Shown here in pieces: positions 28,067 to 38,497 of a stretch of 64,000 nucleotides of DNA. The first letter of the stretch is position 1. Every line of letters begins with the position of its first letter. Source of the stretch: Pontiella sp. (GTDB taxonomy: Bacteria; Verrucomicrobiota; Kiritimatiellia; Kiritimatiellales; Pontiellaceae). The stretch is from the NCBI GenBank assembly GCA_050290185.1, contig JBNKHE010000003.1, positions 96,001 to 160,000 on the forward strand, written 5' to 3'. Below the pieces are notes generated by a model. The model ran no database searches. It saw nothing but the letters and a program-made list of their open reading frames with translations, and had not been told where the DNA came from. Made by a program: the position numbers and the translations under genes.

Positions 28067-29137
28067 TTACATCTCTTCGATGGTGGCGCTGTTGCGCAGA
28101 CCTTCGATGTAGTCGGAAACGGCCTGCTGCTTATTCTGGTTGGTCAGATACGCAATGATCTTATCTTTGACTTCGTCGAATGCCATGGTGCCTTCTTCAG
28201 CATGTTCGCTCACCTTGATGATGTGATAGCCAAACTGGGTTTCAACGATGGGGCCGACTTCGCCCAGTTCCTGGGAAAAGGCTGCCACTTCGAATTCGGG
28301 AACCATCTGGCCCTTACCGAAGGATCCCAGATCGCCGCCGCGTGCACTGCTGGGGCAGTCGGAGTCTGCGGTTGCGGCATCTTCGAAGGTGACCGTTCCG
28401 GCAATAATATTATCGCGGATTTCCTGAAGTTTGGCTTTTTTCTCGGCCTTGGTTTCCTCGGTATCTTCCGGATCGAACTGGATCAGGATATGGCTGGCGG
28501 AAACCGTTTCAGGCTGGGTGAACTGATCGGGGTTGGAGTCGTAGAATTCCTGTGCATCCGCTTCGGTAGCTTCTGCGATGTCTGCGGTCTGCTGTTCGAT
28601 CAACTGCTGGGCAGCGAGATCCTGGGCCAGGTTCTTCTTGAAGGATTCAAGATCCTGTCCGCGGGATTCAAGGATGCCTTCGATGGTCTGTCCTTCGGGA
28701 ATGTTGCCTTTGATTTCCTCGATGGTTTCGGCGATCTTGGCATCGTCGACCTGAATGCCGGCGGCTGCCACGGCTGAGGTAATCAGTTTCTTGGTAATGA
28801 GGTCATTTTTGATCTGGCTGTAGATCTGGGCCTGCATCTGCTGCATCTGCTCCGGAGCAACTCCCCGGCCGGCAAATTGCTGCATGGCCATATCCATCAT
28901 TTCCATGATTTCGCCGCGGGTGATGTCTTCTCCGTTTACACGAACCACGACGGCTTCCGGATCGGTTGTAAGCGGGTTGGCTTTGATGGGGGCCGTAAAC
29001 AGATCTTCAGTCTGGGTGAGATCTACGGGTTCGGGTGCGGGCGTGTTAACTTCGTTTTCCTTGCAACCTGCAAGTACAAGTACTGCCACTGCGGGGAGAA
29101 CCATTACGATTCTATTATTTACCAACTTATCGAACAT
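28067..29137 (-). CDS. Parvulin-type PPIase lipoprotein (PrsA/SurA-like foldase)
   Basis: Lipobox LAGC; SASHILI, GGDLGSF, MVPEFE, TQFGYHII. Confidence 0.9.
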   Translation of the reverse strand: MFDKLVNNRIVMVLPAVAVLVLAGCKENEVNTPAPEPVDLTQTEDLFTAPIKANPLTTDPEAVVVRVNGEDITRGEIMEMMDMAMQQFAGRGVAPEQMQQMQAQIYSQIKNDLITKKLITSAVAAAGIQVDDAKIAETIEEIKGNIPEGQTIEGILESRGQDLESFKKNLAQDLAAQQLIEQQTADIAEATEADAQEFYDSNPDQFTQPETVSASHILIQFDPEDTEETKAEKKAKLQEIRDNIIAGTVTFEDAATADSDCPSSARGGDLGSFGKGQMVPEFEVAAFSQELGEVGPIVETQFGYHIIKVSEHAEEGTMAFDEVKDKIIAYLTNQNKQQAVSDYIEGLRNSATIEEM

Positions 29138-29265
29138 CGGTCTTGATCCTTTCTTCATGATTCAACTAATACACCGCACTTACTCAAATGCGTAAGATAT
29201 GACACAGTGTTCCTTTGGGGAACAAATGTCAACGCAATCAGACGATTTAGCAGAGGGGCCGTTCA

Positions 29266-29613
29266 ATGATAAAACCGGAAATATTAGAGCAATTCTCCTG
29301 TTCGGGGTGCGGTGAGTGCTGTCGGTGGGGGGGCTCGGTACTTCTCGAAGAGGAAGACATCCCGCGATTGGCTTCGTATCTGGGCTTGAGCGAGCAGGAA
29401 TTCATCGACGGGCATACGCGTCTGGCACCGAACCGCCGGCAGCTCGCCCTGCTGGATCAGTCCGATGGAAGTTGTGCATTTCTGGATGGCAACCACTGCT
29501 CCATCTATGCAGCCCGGCCGGAGCAATGCCGGACGTTCCCGTTTGCGTGGCATGTAGCCGAGGGTTGCCCGGAGCTCGATAAACTGCTGGCCCAGGCAAG
29601 AGAAAAACATTGA
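29266..29613 (+). CDS. YkgJ-family CxxCxxCC Fe-S/Zn protein
   Basis: CSGCGECC, CAFL, CSIYAARPEQCRTFPF. Confidence 0.88.
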   Translation: MIKPEILEQFSCSGCGECCRWGGSVLLEEEDIPRLASYLGLSEQEFIDGHTRLAPNRRQLALLDQSDGSCAFLDGNHCSIYAARPEQCRTFPFAWHVAEGCPELDKLLAQAREKH

Positions 29614-29673
29614 TCAAGCCCCGCGCAAACCGTAGTTTTCCGCTTTTATTCACTGCGAATCAGGAGAGAGAAC

Positions 29674-30108
29674 ATGGTCATGGACGTAAATGAAATTCTT
29701 GGCATACTGCCGCACCGCTACCCCTTCATGCTGGTAGACCGGATTATTGAGCTGGATATCGAGGCCAGACGGATTGTCGGGTACAAAAACCTGACCTTCA
29801 ACGAACCCTTTTTTCAAGGTCATTTCCCTGGTGAACCGATTATGCCTGGCGTAATGCAGCTCGAAGCCATGGCCCAGGTGGCCGGTATCCTGTTGAACAA
29901 GGTGAACGACAAGGAAGGTCAGATTGCTTATTTTATGTCGATCGACAAGGCCAAGTTCCGCCGCAAGGTGGTTCCAGGGGATACGCTTCGCATGGAGATG
30001 CAAGTCATCAAGGAGCGGACCGGACGGATGGCCGTGGTTCAGGGCATTTCCTATGTCGGTGATGAAAAGGCCAGCCAGGCCGAGCTGATGTTTGGTTACG
30101 GAGCATAG
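29674..30108 (+). CDS. fabZ: 3-hydroxyacyl-ACP dehydratase
   Basis: LPHRYPFMLVD, FQGHFP, MPGV...EAMAQ. Confidence 0.95.
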   Translation: MVMDVNEILGILPHRYPFMLVDRIIELDIEARRIVGYKNLTFNEPFFQGHFPGEPIMPGVMQLEAMAQVAGILLNKVNDKEGQIAYFMSIDKAKFRRKVVPGDTLRMEMQVIKERTGRMAVVQGISYVGDEKASQAELMFGYGA

Positions 30109-30109
30109 C

Positions 30110-30886
30110 ATGGCCAACATACACCCAACAGCCATCGTGGCCGATGGGGCGCAGATTGCCGATGATGCTATCATCGGGCCTTATTGCACAATCAGTCCCG
30201 AGGCCGTTATTGGAAGTGGAACCGAACTGATTTCGCACGTCGTGATCGAAGGCCATACCATTCTGGGCGAAGGCAACCGTGTTTCCCCGTTTGCTGTGCT
30301 CGGCGGGCGCACGCAGGACCTGAAGTTCAAGGGCGGCATGCCCGGTGTAAAGATTGGCGACAACAACACGATCCGTGAATACGTTACCATAAACGCCGCC
30401 ACGAATGACGGTGATTTTACCACGGTGGGTAATGATTGCCACATCCTGGCATATTCGCATATCGCACACTGCTGCCATATCGGCAATGGAGTGGTGATTG
30501 TCAATGCCTGCCAGATTGCCGGGCATGTGGTTGTTGAGGATCTGGCCACGATTGAGGGATCAGTCGGAATTGTCCAGTTCATGCGCGTGGGAACGATGGC
30601 CTACGTGGGGGCAATGTCCAAGATCAGCAAGGACGTTCCTCCCTACATGATTGCCCATGGTGATCCCATTCAAATCCGCAGCTTCAACCGTATCGGCATG
30701 GAGCGCCGCGGGATTGATGATGCCGGCCGCAAGGCCGTCAAAGAGGCTTATCGCATTCTTTACCGTCAGGATGATCTGACGGTCACCGACGCGCTCGATA
30801 AGATTGAGGCTGAGGTGGAGCAGACGCCGGAGATCCGGCACCTGCTTGAGTTTTGCCGAGCCTCCGAAAAAGGCATTACCCGCTAG
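30110..30886 (+). CDS. lpxA: UDP-GlcNAc O-acyltransferase
   Basis: IHPTAIV, QDLKF, IREYVTI, SHIAH, DVPPY; fabZ-lpxA synteny. Confidence 0.95.
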   Translation: MANIHPTAIVADGAQIADDAIIGPYCTISPEAVIGSGTELISHVVIEGHTILGEGNRVSPFAVLGGRTQDLKFKGGMPGVKIGDNNTIREYVTINAATNDGDFTTVGNDCHILAYSHIAHCCHIGNGVVIVNACQIAGHVVVEDLATIEGSVGIVQFMRVGTMAYVGAMSKISKDVPPYMIAHGDPIQIRSFNRIGMERRGIDDAGRKAVKEAYRILYRQDDLTVTDALDKIEAEVEQTPEIRHLLEFCRASEKGITR

Positions 30887-30890
30887 CGCA

Positions 30891-30916
30891 TCAGGGCCCG
30901 GAACTCCGGGCCCTGA
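30891..30916 (+). terminator. Perfect hairpin after lpxA
   Basis: TCAGGGCCCGGA-AC-TCCGGGCCCTGA; weak U-tract. Confidence 0.55.
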
Positions 30917-30967
30917 AATATTTCCGCCCGTTTCGTTTATTCCCCCTTTCAAAATTTTCCGACTTTT

Positions 30968-30994
30968 GAACGCCCGTCGCGTTCGTAAATCTAA
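30968..30994 (+). promoter_or_regulatory. Possible ECF/sigmaE-like promoter for degP
   Basis: GAACGC-N16-TCTAA resembles the sigmaE consensus GAACTT-N16-TCnAA; degP is a classic sigmaE target. Confidence 0.3.
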
Positions 30995-31037
30995 ACTTTC
31001 ACCTTTGCATGATGAACCATCAACAAGGAGTGAAAAT

Positions 31038-32459
31038 ATGCGGAGTGTGAAGATTCTGATTGTCGGTGTGGTTATGATGGCTTGCATGGCCTGTTCGGTT
31101 GTGGAGGCCAAAGACGTTAGTGTTTTGCAGGAAACGGGCAGCGCCTTTGCGGCCATTGCGAAACAAGCCTTGCCGGCGGTGGTGTTTGTTAACGTCGACT
31201 CCACCGTGGAGGTGGAAGTTCCCCGGTACAGGGGCAACGATCCGTTTGAACAGTTCTACAGGTGGCAGAATCCCTATAACCAGCCCCGGAGTCCGGGAAT
31301 TCGCAAATACCATCAGCAGGGGCAAGGGTCGGGATTCATCATTTCCAAAGACGGTTACATCCTGACCAACAACCATGTCATCAACAATGCGGACAACATT
31401 ACCGTGACGCTGGGCGACGGCCGGAAGTTCGAGGCCGTGCTGGTCGGAACCGATCCCGAAACCGAAGTGGCTTTGATCAAGATTGAAGACGATTCGGATT
31501 TCCCATATTTGGAACTTGGAGACTCCGATGCCCTGGACGTTGGCGAATGGGTGTTGGCGGCGGGCAATCCCTTCGGGCTGTCGCAGACCATTACCGCCGG
31601 CATCGTTAGCGCCAAGGAACGGAGCGAAGTAGGGATTACGGAGTATGCCGATTTCATCCAGACCGACGCGGCCATCAATCCCGGGAATTCCGGGGGGCCG
31701 CTGTTGAACATCCACGGTGAGGTGGTCGGTATCAATACGGCGATCTATTCACAAACCGGCGGCTACATGGGCATCGGTTTTGCCATTCCAATCAACCAGG
31801 CGGTCGCGATCAAGGACCAGCTCATTGCGTACGGCGAGGCCCGTCACAGCGTATTGGGCATCTATATTCAGGAGGTCGACGAGGAACTGGCGGAGCGTTT
31901 CGGGCTTGAGGAGTCGGGTGGGATTCTTATTTCGCAAGTGAAGCAGGGGTCCGCCGCCGACGCGGCTGGACTGAAGACGGGCGATATTGTGGTTGAACTC
32001 AACGGCGAAGAGACCGGCAGGCTTCAATCCTTTCGCAGTCGGATAGCCACCACACCACCCGATACCGAAGTCGCATTGAAGATATTCCGCGACGGCGAGT
32101 ATATGAACATTTCGGCGGTCACGCAGGCTATGGGCAGCGAAGGCGCCATGGCGGGCGATGCACCCGGTTCCGGCGCGCTCGAAAAACTCGGATTGTCGGT
32201 GCAGGATATGGATGAGGAAACGTTTCGGCGGTGGGGTTATCCGGAATATGGTGTGATGATTTCCGATGTGGTGCAGTATAGTGCGGCTTGGCGCGCCGGC
32301 CTCCGCCACGGGCAGATAATCCTGAGCGTGAACCGGAACCGGATTGAAAACGCCGAGGAGTTCACCCGCATCCTGAACAGCTCTGCCGGCGACGGGCGGG
32401 TGTTGCTGTTGGTATCCGATGGGCGTGGAGCCCGGTATGTCGTGCTTTCCATGAATTAG
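31038..32459 (+). CDS. degP: HtrA/DegP/DegQ periplasmic serine protease, two PDZ domains
   Basis: GSGFII, TNNHV, IQTDAAINPGNSGG; signal peptide. Confidence 0.93.
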   Translation: MRSVKILIVGVVMMACMACSVVEAKDVSVLQETGSAFAAIAKQALPAVVFVNVDSTVEVEVPRYRGNDPFEQFYRWQNPYNQPRSPGIRKYHQQGQGSGFIISKDGYILTNNHVINNADNITVTLGDGRKFEAVLVGTDPETEVALIKIEDDSDFPYLELGDSDALDVGEWVLAAGNPFGLSQTITAGIVSAKERSEVGITEYADFIQTDAAINPGNSGGPLLNIHGEVVGINTAIYSQTGGYMGIGFAIPINQAVAIKDQLIAYGEARHSVLGIYIQEVDEELAERFGLEESGGILISQVKQGSAADAAGLKTGDIVVELNGEETGRLQSFRSRIATTPPDTEVALKIFRDGEYMNISAVTQAMGSEGAMAGDAPGSGALEKLGLSVQDMDEETFRRWGYPEYGVMISDVVQYSAAWRAGLRHGQIILSVNRNRIENAEEFTRILNSSAGDGRVLLLVSDGRGARYVVLSMN

Positions 32460-32470
32460 CTGCCATGCGG

Positions 32471-33727
32471 TCAGCCCAGAAAGTCCAGGGGCTTGAAGGG
32501 TTTTTGCAGGATGGGTTTGCTGTCAACGGCCAGGTGCTTTTCAAGCACGGTAGCGTAGACTGAGCGATAATCTACGGTATGGACGATGTCGCCTTTGTCG
32601 AGGTCGGCGGGGCTCAGGCTGGGACGTCTTCCATGCAGGCCGCCTTTCACGGATCCGCCCATGATGAACACGGGCGCGGCGACGCCGTGATCAGTGCCCC
32701 CGCTCGCATTTTCCGCCAGGCGCCGGCCGAATTCGGAAAAGACCAACATGCAGACGCGTCCCACCTGATGACTTTTGGTCATTTCGTCCATGAACGCCTG
32801 CATGGCATCGCTCCATTCCTTAAGACGGGCGGCATGGGTGCCGGATTGGTTGGCATGGGTATCGAAGCCGCCGTGTGTAAGGTAGTAGATGCGGGTGGGC
32901 ATACGGCCGCGAATCAGTTGCGCAACCATCTGCATTTCCTTGGCGAATCGTGCGTTGGGAAAGGAAGTCTGCGGTTTGATTTTGTCCAGAATCTTCTCAA
33001 TCTGCTGCGCACTGGTCTTTGCATCGGATGCGGTATGCTTGAGAAAGTCCAGCGGGCTGATTACTGGATTTCCGGTTGCACCACCACCGGAGAGTTCGGC
33101 AATGGAATCGCCGGCGGTATATCCATTGTCGTCGTCCATACCCATCATCTGCATCATTTCATCCGAAACGTTTTTGTTTTGGATGTTTATCCGGCGCGGG
33201 TCGCTGAAGGTAATGCCTTTGGGCATTGCGGCGGTAAAGACCTGCGGGTTTTGCGTGCCGATGCATATGCCGATACTGGCACTCTCGTGGTTGCAATAGG
33301 TATCGAAATAACGTCCCAGCCAACCATATTGTTCGGTCTTGTTGGCGTCGGAAGCGGTATGCCAGATTTCGGTGGACCGGAAGTGCGAACGGTTCGGGTT
33401 TGGATAACCAACGCCTTCGACGATGCCGAGCTGGCCGGTATCATACACCGTCCTGATCCCTGTGAGCGAGGGGTGTAATCCGGTCAATGCGTCGATCTTC
33501 AGCGCGTCGGCCGGTTTGATCGCCAGTTTCGGACGCGCGTGGTAGTAGTGATCGTTATTGATTGGAACCACGGTATTTAATCCGTCATTGCCCCCGGCAA
33601 GCTGGATGACCACGAGGATGGGCATGTCGTTCTGCAGTTGTTCGGCGGAGCAGCGTTTGGGCCAAGTCATTCCGATGGCTCCGCCCCAGGCTGTCGTGTA
33701 GACAAACCGTCGTCGATTCAGATTCAT
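32471..33727 (-). CDS. DUF1501 protein, Tat-exported
   Basis: NRRRF; LAGGNDGLN, NRSHF, GGFDTH, SEFGRR, GTDHG. Confidence 0.9.
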   Translation of the reverse strand: MNLNRRRFVYTTAWGGAIGMTWPKRCSAEQLQNDMPILVVIQLAGGNDGLNTVVPINNDHYYHARPKLAIKPADALKIDALTGLHPSLTGIRTVYDTGQLGIVEGVGYPNPNRSHFRSTEIWHTASDANKTEQYGWLGRYFDTYCNHESASIGICIGTQNPQVFTAAMPKGITFSDPRRINIQNKNVSDEMMQMMGMDDDNGYTAGDSIAELSGGGATGNPVISPLDFLKHTASDAKTSAQQIEKILDKIKPQTSFPNARFAKEMQMVAQLIRGRMPTRIYYLTHGGFDTHANQSGTHAARLKEWSDAMQAFMDEMTKSHQVGRVCMLVFSEFGRRLAENASGGTDHGVAAPVFIMGGSVKGGLHGRRPSLSPADLDKGDIVHTVDYRSVYATVLEKHLAVDSKPILQKPFKPLDFLG

Positions 33728-33744
33728 GGAGATCCTCCTTTAGA

Positions 33745-35169
33745 CTAAGTCAACTGGAACTGCGGGGTACACATCATGGTACGATAAATGGTGCGAATCT
33801 GTGCATCGGTCCATTGGTTCGAGGGGGGAAGGCTGGACAGATAGGCGGACAGGTTGTTCCGCTCCTCTCCGGCGAGTCGGGACTGATAGACCCGGCGCTC
33901 CAGATAGTTCTGCGCGGCTTCCGTACGGGTGCGGTAATTGCGCGGAAGTATGGTTTCGCCATTCACCGCGGTACGGGCGCCAGCGGATTTTTTTCGCGAA
34001 TTAACCAGGCTGTCAGCGAGGTTGTAGCGCTGCGTCAGTGTTGACGTGGTAATCCATGCATAGCCTCCGTCCCATCCTTTGACGTTTGGTGGCGCAAAAA
34101 GCTCTTGGCCGAGCGATCGCAAGGCATTGAAACAAAGGCCGGGGTTTGGTGGTTCTCTCCCAAGCATGATGCAGGAGCCTGCCAGCCACTGCACCGGGCT
34201 CTTGATTTGGGTACGTAACGCTTTATCGCTATAGAATGCCTCGCTGGAAAAAATAGATTTTAATAGCGGGGTCAGATCATAGCCGTTCCGGCGAAATTCC
34301 TCTGACAGTGCTTCTATAATATCCGATTCCGGATTGTCGTAGGCGAAGAAGCGCCAGAGTTTGGTTACCAGGAAACGCGCGGCCTGCTCCTGGTTGAGGA
34401 TGATCCTGATAATGTCGTTCCCGTCAAAGTTACCTCGCTTCTCGAAAAATTCCTTTGCGCCATTATCGTGAAGTCCGCGTCTGCCGCTGGCGGTAGCATC
34501 AAGGAATTCGTATTTTCGGGGCGCGACCATCCATCCCGTGAAGGCGCGGGCCGCCTCCTTGATGTCCTGTTCCGTGTAATGCCCCTCACCCAACGTGAAA
34601 AGTTCCATGAGTTCGCGCGCAAAGTTTTCGTTCGGTGCTCCTGCTCGCGAGCGCGTATTATCGAGGTAGATCAGCATGGCCGGATCCTGTGCTATGGCCG
34701 TGATCAGATCCTCATAGCTACCCATGGCCAGTTTTCGCAGGGTCTGGTTCTGTAGATACATCATGTAGGTGGTGCGCACTTTACGAATGCTGGTCGCAAA
34801 ATGTCCGTGCCAGAACAGCGCCATTTTTTCCTGTAATGGACAAGGGGTGTTGATCATTTGGCGCAACCACCAGTTCAGCAGATCGCGATGCTGGCGGTTT
34901 TGCTCCTTACGCATGGCATTGCGTTGCTGACGCCGTTGCGCTTCGGGAAGCTGGCGCAGGGCCTTGAAATCGGGTTTGTTTTCAATGCCCGGCACCACCC
35001 AGTCGGGCGGATCAGGTTCGTTCCGGGACTTGAACAGGCCGTTAATCACCTCGGTAAACGGTCGTCTGGCAGCGATGTCAATCTGTTCGGGCGTAGCTCC
35101 AAAACCACTTCGTGCGAGGAGATGAGCGGCGTATTGGTGATTCCACTTGTCCGGAGCCAGCACTTTCAT
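33745..35169 (-). CDS. DUF1800 protein
   Basis: AAHLLARSGFG, EKMALFWHGHF, PNENFARELMELFTLG, PPNVKGW, PQFQL. Confidence 0.9.
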   Translation of the reverse strand: MKVLAPDKWNHQYAAHLLARSGFGATPEQIDIAARRPFTEVINGLFKSRNEPDPPDWVVPGIENKPDFKALRQLPEAQRRQQRNAMRKEQNRQHRDLLNWWLRQMINTPCPLQEKMALFWHGHFATSIRKVRTTYMMYLQNQTLRKLAMGSYEDLITAIAQDPAMLIYLDNTRSRAGAPNENFARELMELFTLGEGHYTEQDIKEAARAFTGWMVAPRKYEFLDATASGRRGLHDNGAKEFFEKRGNFDGNDIIRIILNQEQAARFLVTKLWRFFAYDNPESDIIEALSEEFRRNGYDLTPLLKSIFSSEAFYSDKALRTQIKSPVQWLAGSCIMLGREPPNPGLCFNALRSLGQELFAPPNVKGWDGGYAWITTSTLTQRYNLADSLVNSRKKSAGARTAVNGETILPRNYRTRTEAAQNYLERRVYQSRLAGEERNNLSAYLSSLPPSNQWTDAQIRTIYRTMMCTPQFQLT

Positions 35170-35340
35170 CGACCCAATCTCCTTCCATGACAGGCACAAG
35201 GTGGATAAAAGAACGGATTGTGCCATTAGGATATTGTGATGAATTTGACAGACGAGATAAACCACATTCGGTCCCTTGAAAAAAGGGCTTTCTATTTTCC
35301 GGCCATTGGAAATAATGGCGGGCAACAATTTGGAAAACAC

Positions 35341-37875
35341 ATGCGCTATTTCTCTCAAACCATTCTATTGCTTCTTTTCATGTTTTGCGCAGCGGGTTCC
35401 GGTGTTCTGGCGGAGGTCGGAAATCCTTCAAGCGAGCGCTTTCCGACGATCCAGGCTTCGCTGGATGACGGGTTCTTTTCCCTGGCCGAACAGCAGGCTC
35501 GCGGCGTACTCCTGACGGAGCCGAACGAAGCCGACCGGCGCGAGGCCACCCTGTTGCTCGCCCATTCGCTATGGGGGCAGAAGCGCTATTCGGAAGTGCT
35601 CCGTCAGCTGATGGAAGAGGATAACGGGCCCGATATGGCCTATTGGCGTGCCCGCGCTTATTTTGAATTGCGGCAATACGAAAACGCGCTTGATGCATTG
35701 CTGGCGGGTGATGAAGGCATGGAGGGCACCGCTTATGCGCCGGCCGCCCTGCGGCTCAAGGGGCGGATGCAACAGCTTATGGGCCGGCTTGAAGAAGCCG
35801 AAAAAACCTACAAACAGTTTGCCCGCGATTATCCCTGGCATGCCGGTACCGTCGACAACATGCTGGACCTCGCCGATGTCTATCTGGCGCAGGAACGTTA
35901 TTCGGAGGCCAGAAGTCTCTACGAAGCGCTCCTCAAGGAACCGGATGAAACGGGGGCACACCTGGCCCAGCTGAAGCTGGCTCATGTGCTCTATACCACA
36001 GGCGATGCAGGGGACGTGGCTGCCGCTCGTACGCTCCTGGGGACGTTGGCGTCTGACGAAACGACGAGCCTTGCCTACCGCATTGATGCCTATGTCGATC
36101 TGGCGGCGCTAGAAGAGCAGGCAGGAAGATTTGCGGAATCCGTCGCGGATCTGCGCAAGGGAATCGCGCTTTCGCCGGATGCGCGTTTGCGGGTGTCGCT
36201 CAAGTTGTCGCTTGCCCGTATGCTCCTTCGGGCTGATGATATTTCCGGTGCACTGAAACTGCTGGAAGAGTGCCGTACCGAGGCCCCGGACCGACGGGTT
36301 GCTGCGGAGCTTCAGCTTGAAAAGGCCGGGGCATTTTTGCAGGCGGAGCGCTTCGGTGAAGCTGACGAGGCCTATCAGGTGTATCTGGATGTAGCCGACG
36401 ATCCCCAGGGGTTGGCCCGCGCCTATTTCGGCAAGGGGGTTGCGCTCTGGGGACTTGGGCGGTATGTCGAATCGGCTACGCTGTTTGACAAGGCGGAGTT
36501 GGCGCTGACTGATTCCGACGAGAAGGCTGCTGCCTTGATCAAGGCGGGCGACGCCTATTATCAGGCCGGGCGGCTGGATGAATCCGAGAAACGCTACCGT
36601 AGGTTCCTTTCCGAATATGCCGGCAATGAAAACATGCCTGGTGTATTCTACCAGCTTGGGATGGTGCTGGCCAAAATAGGGCGCCGGTCGGAGGCGTTGA
36701 CCACCTTTGACATTGTGGAAACAAGTTACCCGGATAGTTCGTTCGCCGAGAAAGCGGCCATGCGTTCGGCGGATATCATGAGAGCTAATGGGCAATGGGA
36801 AGAAGCCCTTCAGAAGTATACCAGGATCAGTGAAACGTATACCAACAGCGCCGAGGTTGCGCTGGCGCAGCACTATCGTGGTTTGGTGCTCTACCGACTG
36901 GGGCGCTATGCAGATGCGCAGAAGGTGTTTGAATATGAGGCCGAAAACCATCCCGACAGCGAACACGCCCCGCAGGCGTTCTACATGCGCGGGTTCTGCC
37001 TCTATTCCCAGGGGCATGTGGACGAGGCGGTCGAGACCTGCCGGCAGTTCATCAAGACGTATCCGGATACTACGTGGACCCCGGAAGTTATTTTCTGGCT
37101 GGCCGAGCTCTATTTCAATCAGGGGAAGTATACCGATGCCGAGCCGCTCTTCTTGCAGGTCGCCAACGATTTCAAGGAGCATGCGCTGGCGCCGCGCGCG
37201 TTGTACTGGGCCGGGCGTGCCGCGTCGGCGCAGTCTGACTATGTGAGTGCCAATGAACGCTACAGCGCGGTGGCCAAACGGTATCCCGACAGTGATATTC
37301 TACCGCAGGTCCGATTTGCGCAAGGCGATGCGCTCACAGAAATCGGTGAGTTTTCGCGTGCGATCCAGGCGTTCGACGAGATCATTCGGAAATATCCGGA
37401 CAGCGGGCTGGTCAACGCGGCGTGGGGGCGCAAGGGTGACTGCCAGTTTTCGCTGGCCGTGGATAGTCCGGCCCGCTACGAAGAGGCGATGAATTCCTAC
37501 CAAGCCATCTTGGACAGGCCGTCGGCGCCGGACGCTCTCAAGATGGAGGCGGAATACGCGGTGGGGCGCTGCCTCGAGGAGCTGGGCATGTTCGATAAGG
37601 CCTTCAGTCGCTACATGAACGTGGTGTACTCCTTCAAGACGGTTGACCGCACCCCTCATAGCGGGCGGTGGCTTACCCGTTCGGCTTTTGCCGCTGCGGC
37701 GTTGAAGGAAAACGAAGAGGCATGGAAAGATGCCGTTAACATCTACGAGCGGGTGGTCGAAGCCGATGTTGCGGCCAAGGACGATGCCCTCAAGCGTATC
37801 GAGAAAATAAAAAAGGCGAACTGGTTGCTGTTTCAGCAGGCCGAGGAGATGAGCGATGTTGGAACTGATGATTAA
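35341..37875 (+). CDS. Large secreted TPR-repeat protein (BamD/CpoB-like repeats)
   Basis: Signal peptide; many A-x-Y-x-x-G / Y-P-x-S TPR units. Confidence 0.88.
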   Translation: MRYFSQTILLLLFMFCAAGSGVLAEVGNPSSERFPTIQASLDDGFFSLAEQQARGVLLTEPNEADRREATLLLAHSLWGQKRYSEVLRQLMEEDNGPDMAYWRARAYFELRQYENALDALLAGDEGMEGTAYAPAALRLKGRMQQLMGRLEEAEKTYKQFARDYPWHAGTVDNMLDLADVYLAQERYSEARSLYEALLKEPDETGAHLAQLKLAHVLYTTGDAGDVAAARTLLGTLASDETTSLAYRIDAYVDLAALEEQAGRFAESVADLRKGIALSPDARLRVSLKLSLARMLLRADDISGALKLLEECRTEAPDRRVAAELQLEKAGAFLQAERFGEADEAYQVYLDVADDPQGLARAYFGKGVALWGLGRYVESATLFDKAELALTDSDEKAAALIKAGDAYYQAGRLDESEKRYRRFLSEYAGNENMPGVFYQLGMVLAKIGRRSEALTTFDIVETSYPDSSFAEKAAMRSADIMRANGQWEEALQKYTRISETYTNSAEVALAQHYRGLVLYRLGRYADAQKVFEYEAENHPDSEHAPQAFYMRGFCLYSQGHVDEAVETCRQFIKTYPDTTWTPEVIFWLAELYFNQGKYTDAEPLFLQVANDFKEHALAPRALYWAGRAASAQSDYVSANERYSAVAKRYPDSDILPQVRFAQGDALTEIGEFSRAIQAFDEIIRKYPDSGLVNAAWGRKGDCQFSLAVDSPARYEEAMNSYQAILDRPSAPDALKMEAEYAVGRCLEELGMFDKAFSRYMNVVYSFKTVDRTPHSGRWLTRSAFAAAALKENEEAWKDAVNIYERVVEADVAAKDDALKRIEKIKKANWLLFQQAEEMSDVGTDD

Positions 37876-38497
37876 AGGCGGATGGATCATGTGGCCAATC
37901 ATGGCGTGCAGTGTGGCTGCGGCCGCGTTGTTTCTGGAACGCGTGTTTCATCTGCACCGTGCGCAGATTAAGCAGGAAGATTTTCTGAGCGGTATCTACA
38001 CGATCGTCAATCGCGGCAATGTTGCCGAAGCGGTTTCAATTTGCGACCAAACGCCCGGCCCCGTAGCCCATATCGTGCGGGTGGCGCTGCTTCACTCGGA
38101 TGAAGAGCGCCAAGAGCTGAAGCAGACCATTACGAAAGCGGGTCTGGCCGAGGTGCCGCGATTGGAAAAAAACCTGGGCGGCTTGCTGACCATTGCGCAG
38201 ATAAGCCCTCTGCTTGGACTGCTGGGAACGATCATCGGGCTCGTTAGTGTGTTTGCAGGTATGGAGCAGCATGCGCCACTGGCGGAGATCGGCGACCTCT
38301 CGGCCGGCATTTGGCAGGCCCTGCTGACCAGTGCCGTTGGGCTCTGTGTATCGATTCCTTCGTTTGCGGGATACAACTTCCTGCTAAGCCGGGTCGAACG
38401 GATCACCTTGAACATGGATTTTGCGGCGGAAGACATATACCGCTATCTGGTGTATGACCGTGCTGCGGCCGGAGTGTCCAACGATGAAACCATTTGA
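37856..38497 (+). CDS. MotA/TolQ/ExbB proton channel
   Basis: GGWIMWPI, SPLLGLLGTI, GIWQALLTSAVGL. Confidence 0.92.
   Translation: MLELMIKGGWIMWPIMACSVAAAALFLERVFHLHRAQIKQEDFLSGIYTIVNRGNVAEAVSICDQTPGPVAHIVRVALLHSDEERQELKQTITKAGLAEVPRLEKNLGGLLTIAQISPLLGLLGTIIGLVSVFAGMEQHAPLAEIGDLSAGIWQALLTSAVGLCVSIPSFAGYNFLLSRVERITLNMDFAAEDIYRYLVYDRAAAGVSNDETI

Noticed and set aside
29208..29224. TGTTC...GAACA as a Verrucomicrobia-type LexA box
   Set aside because: The spacer is 7 nt rather than 4, and the flanking genes are not SOS genes; may be another operator.
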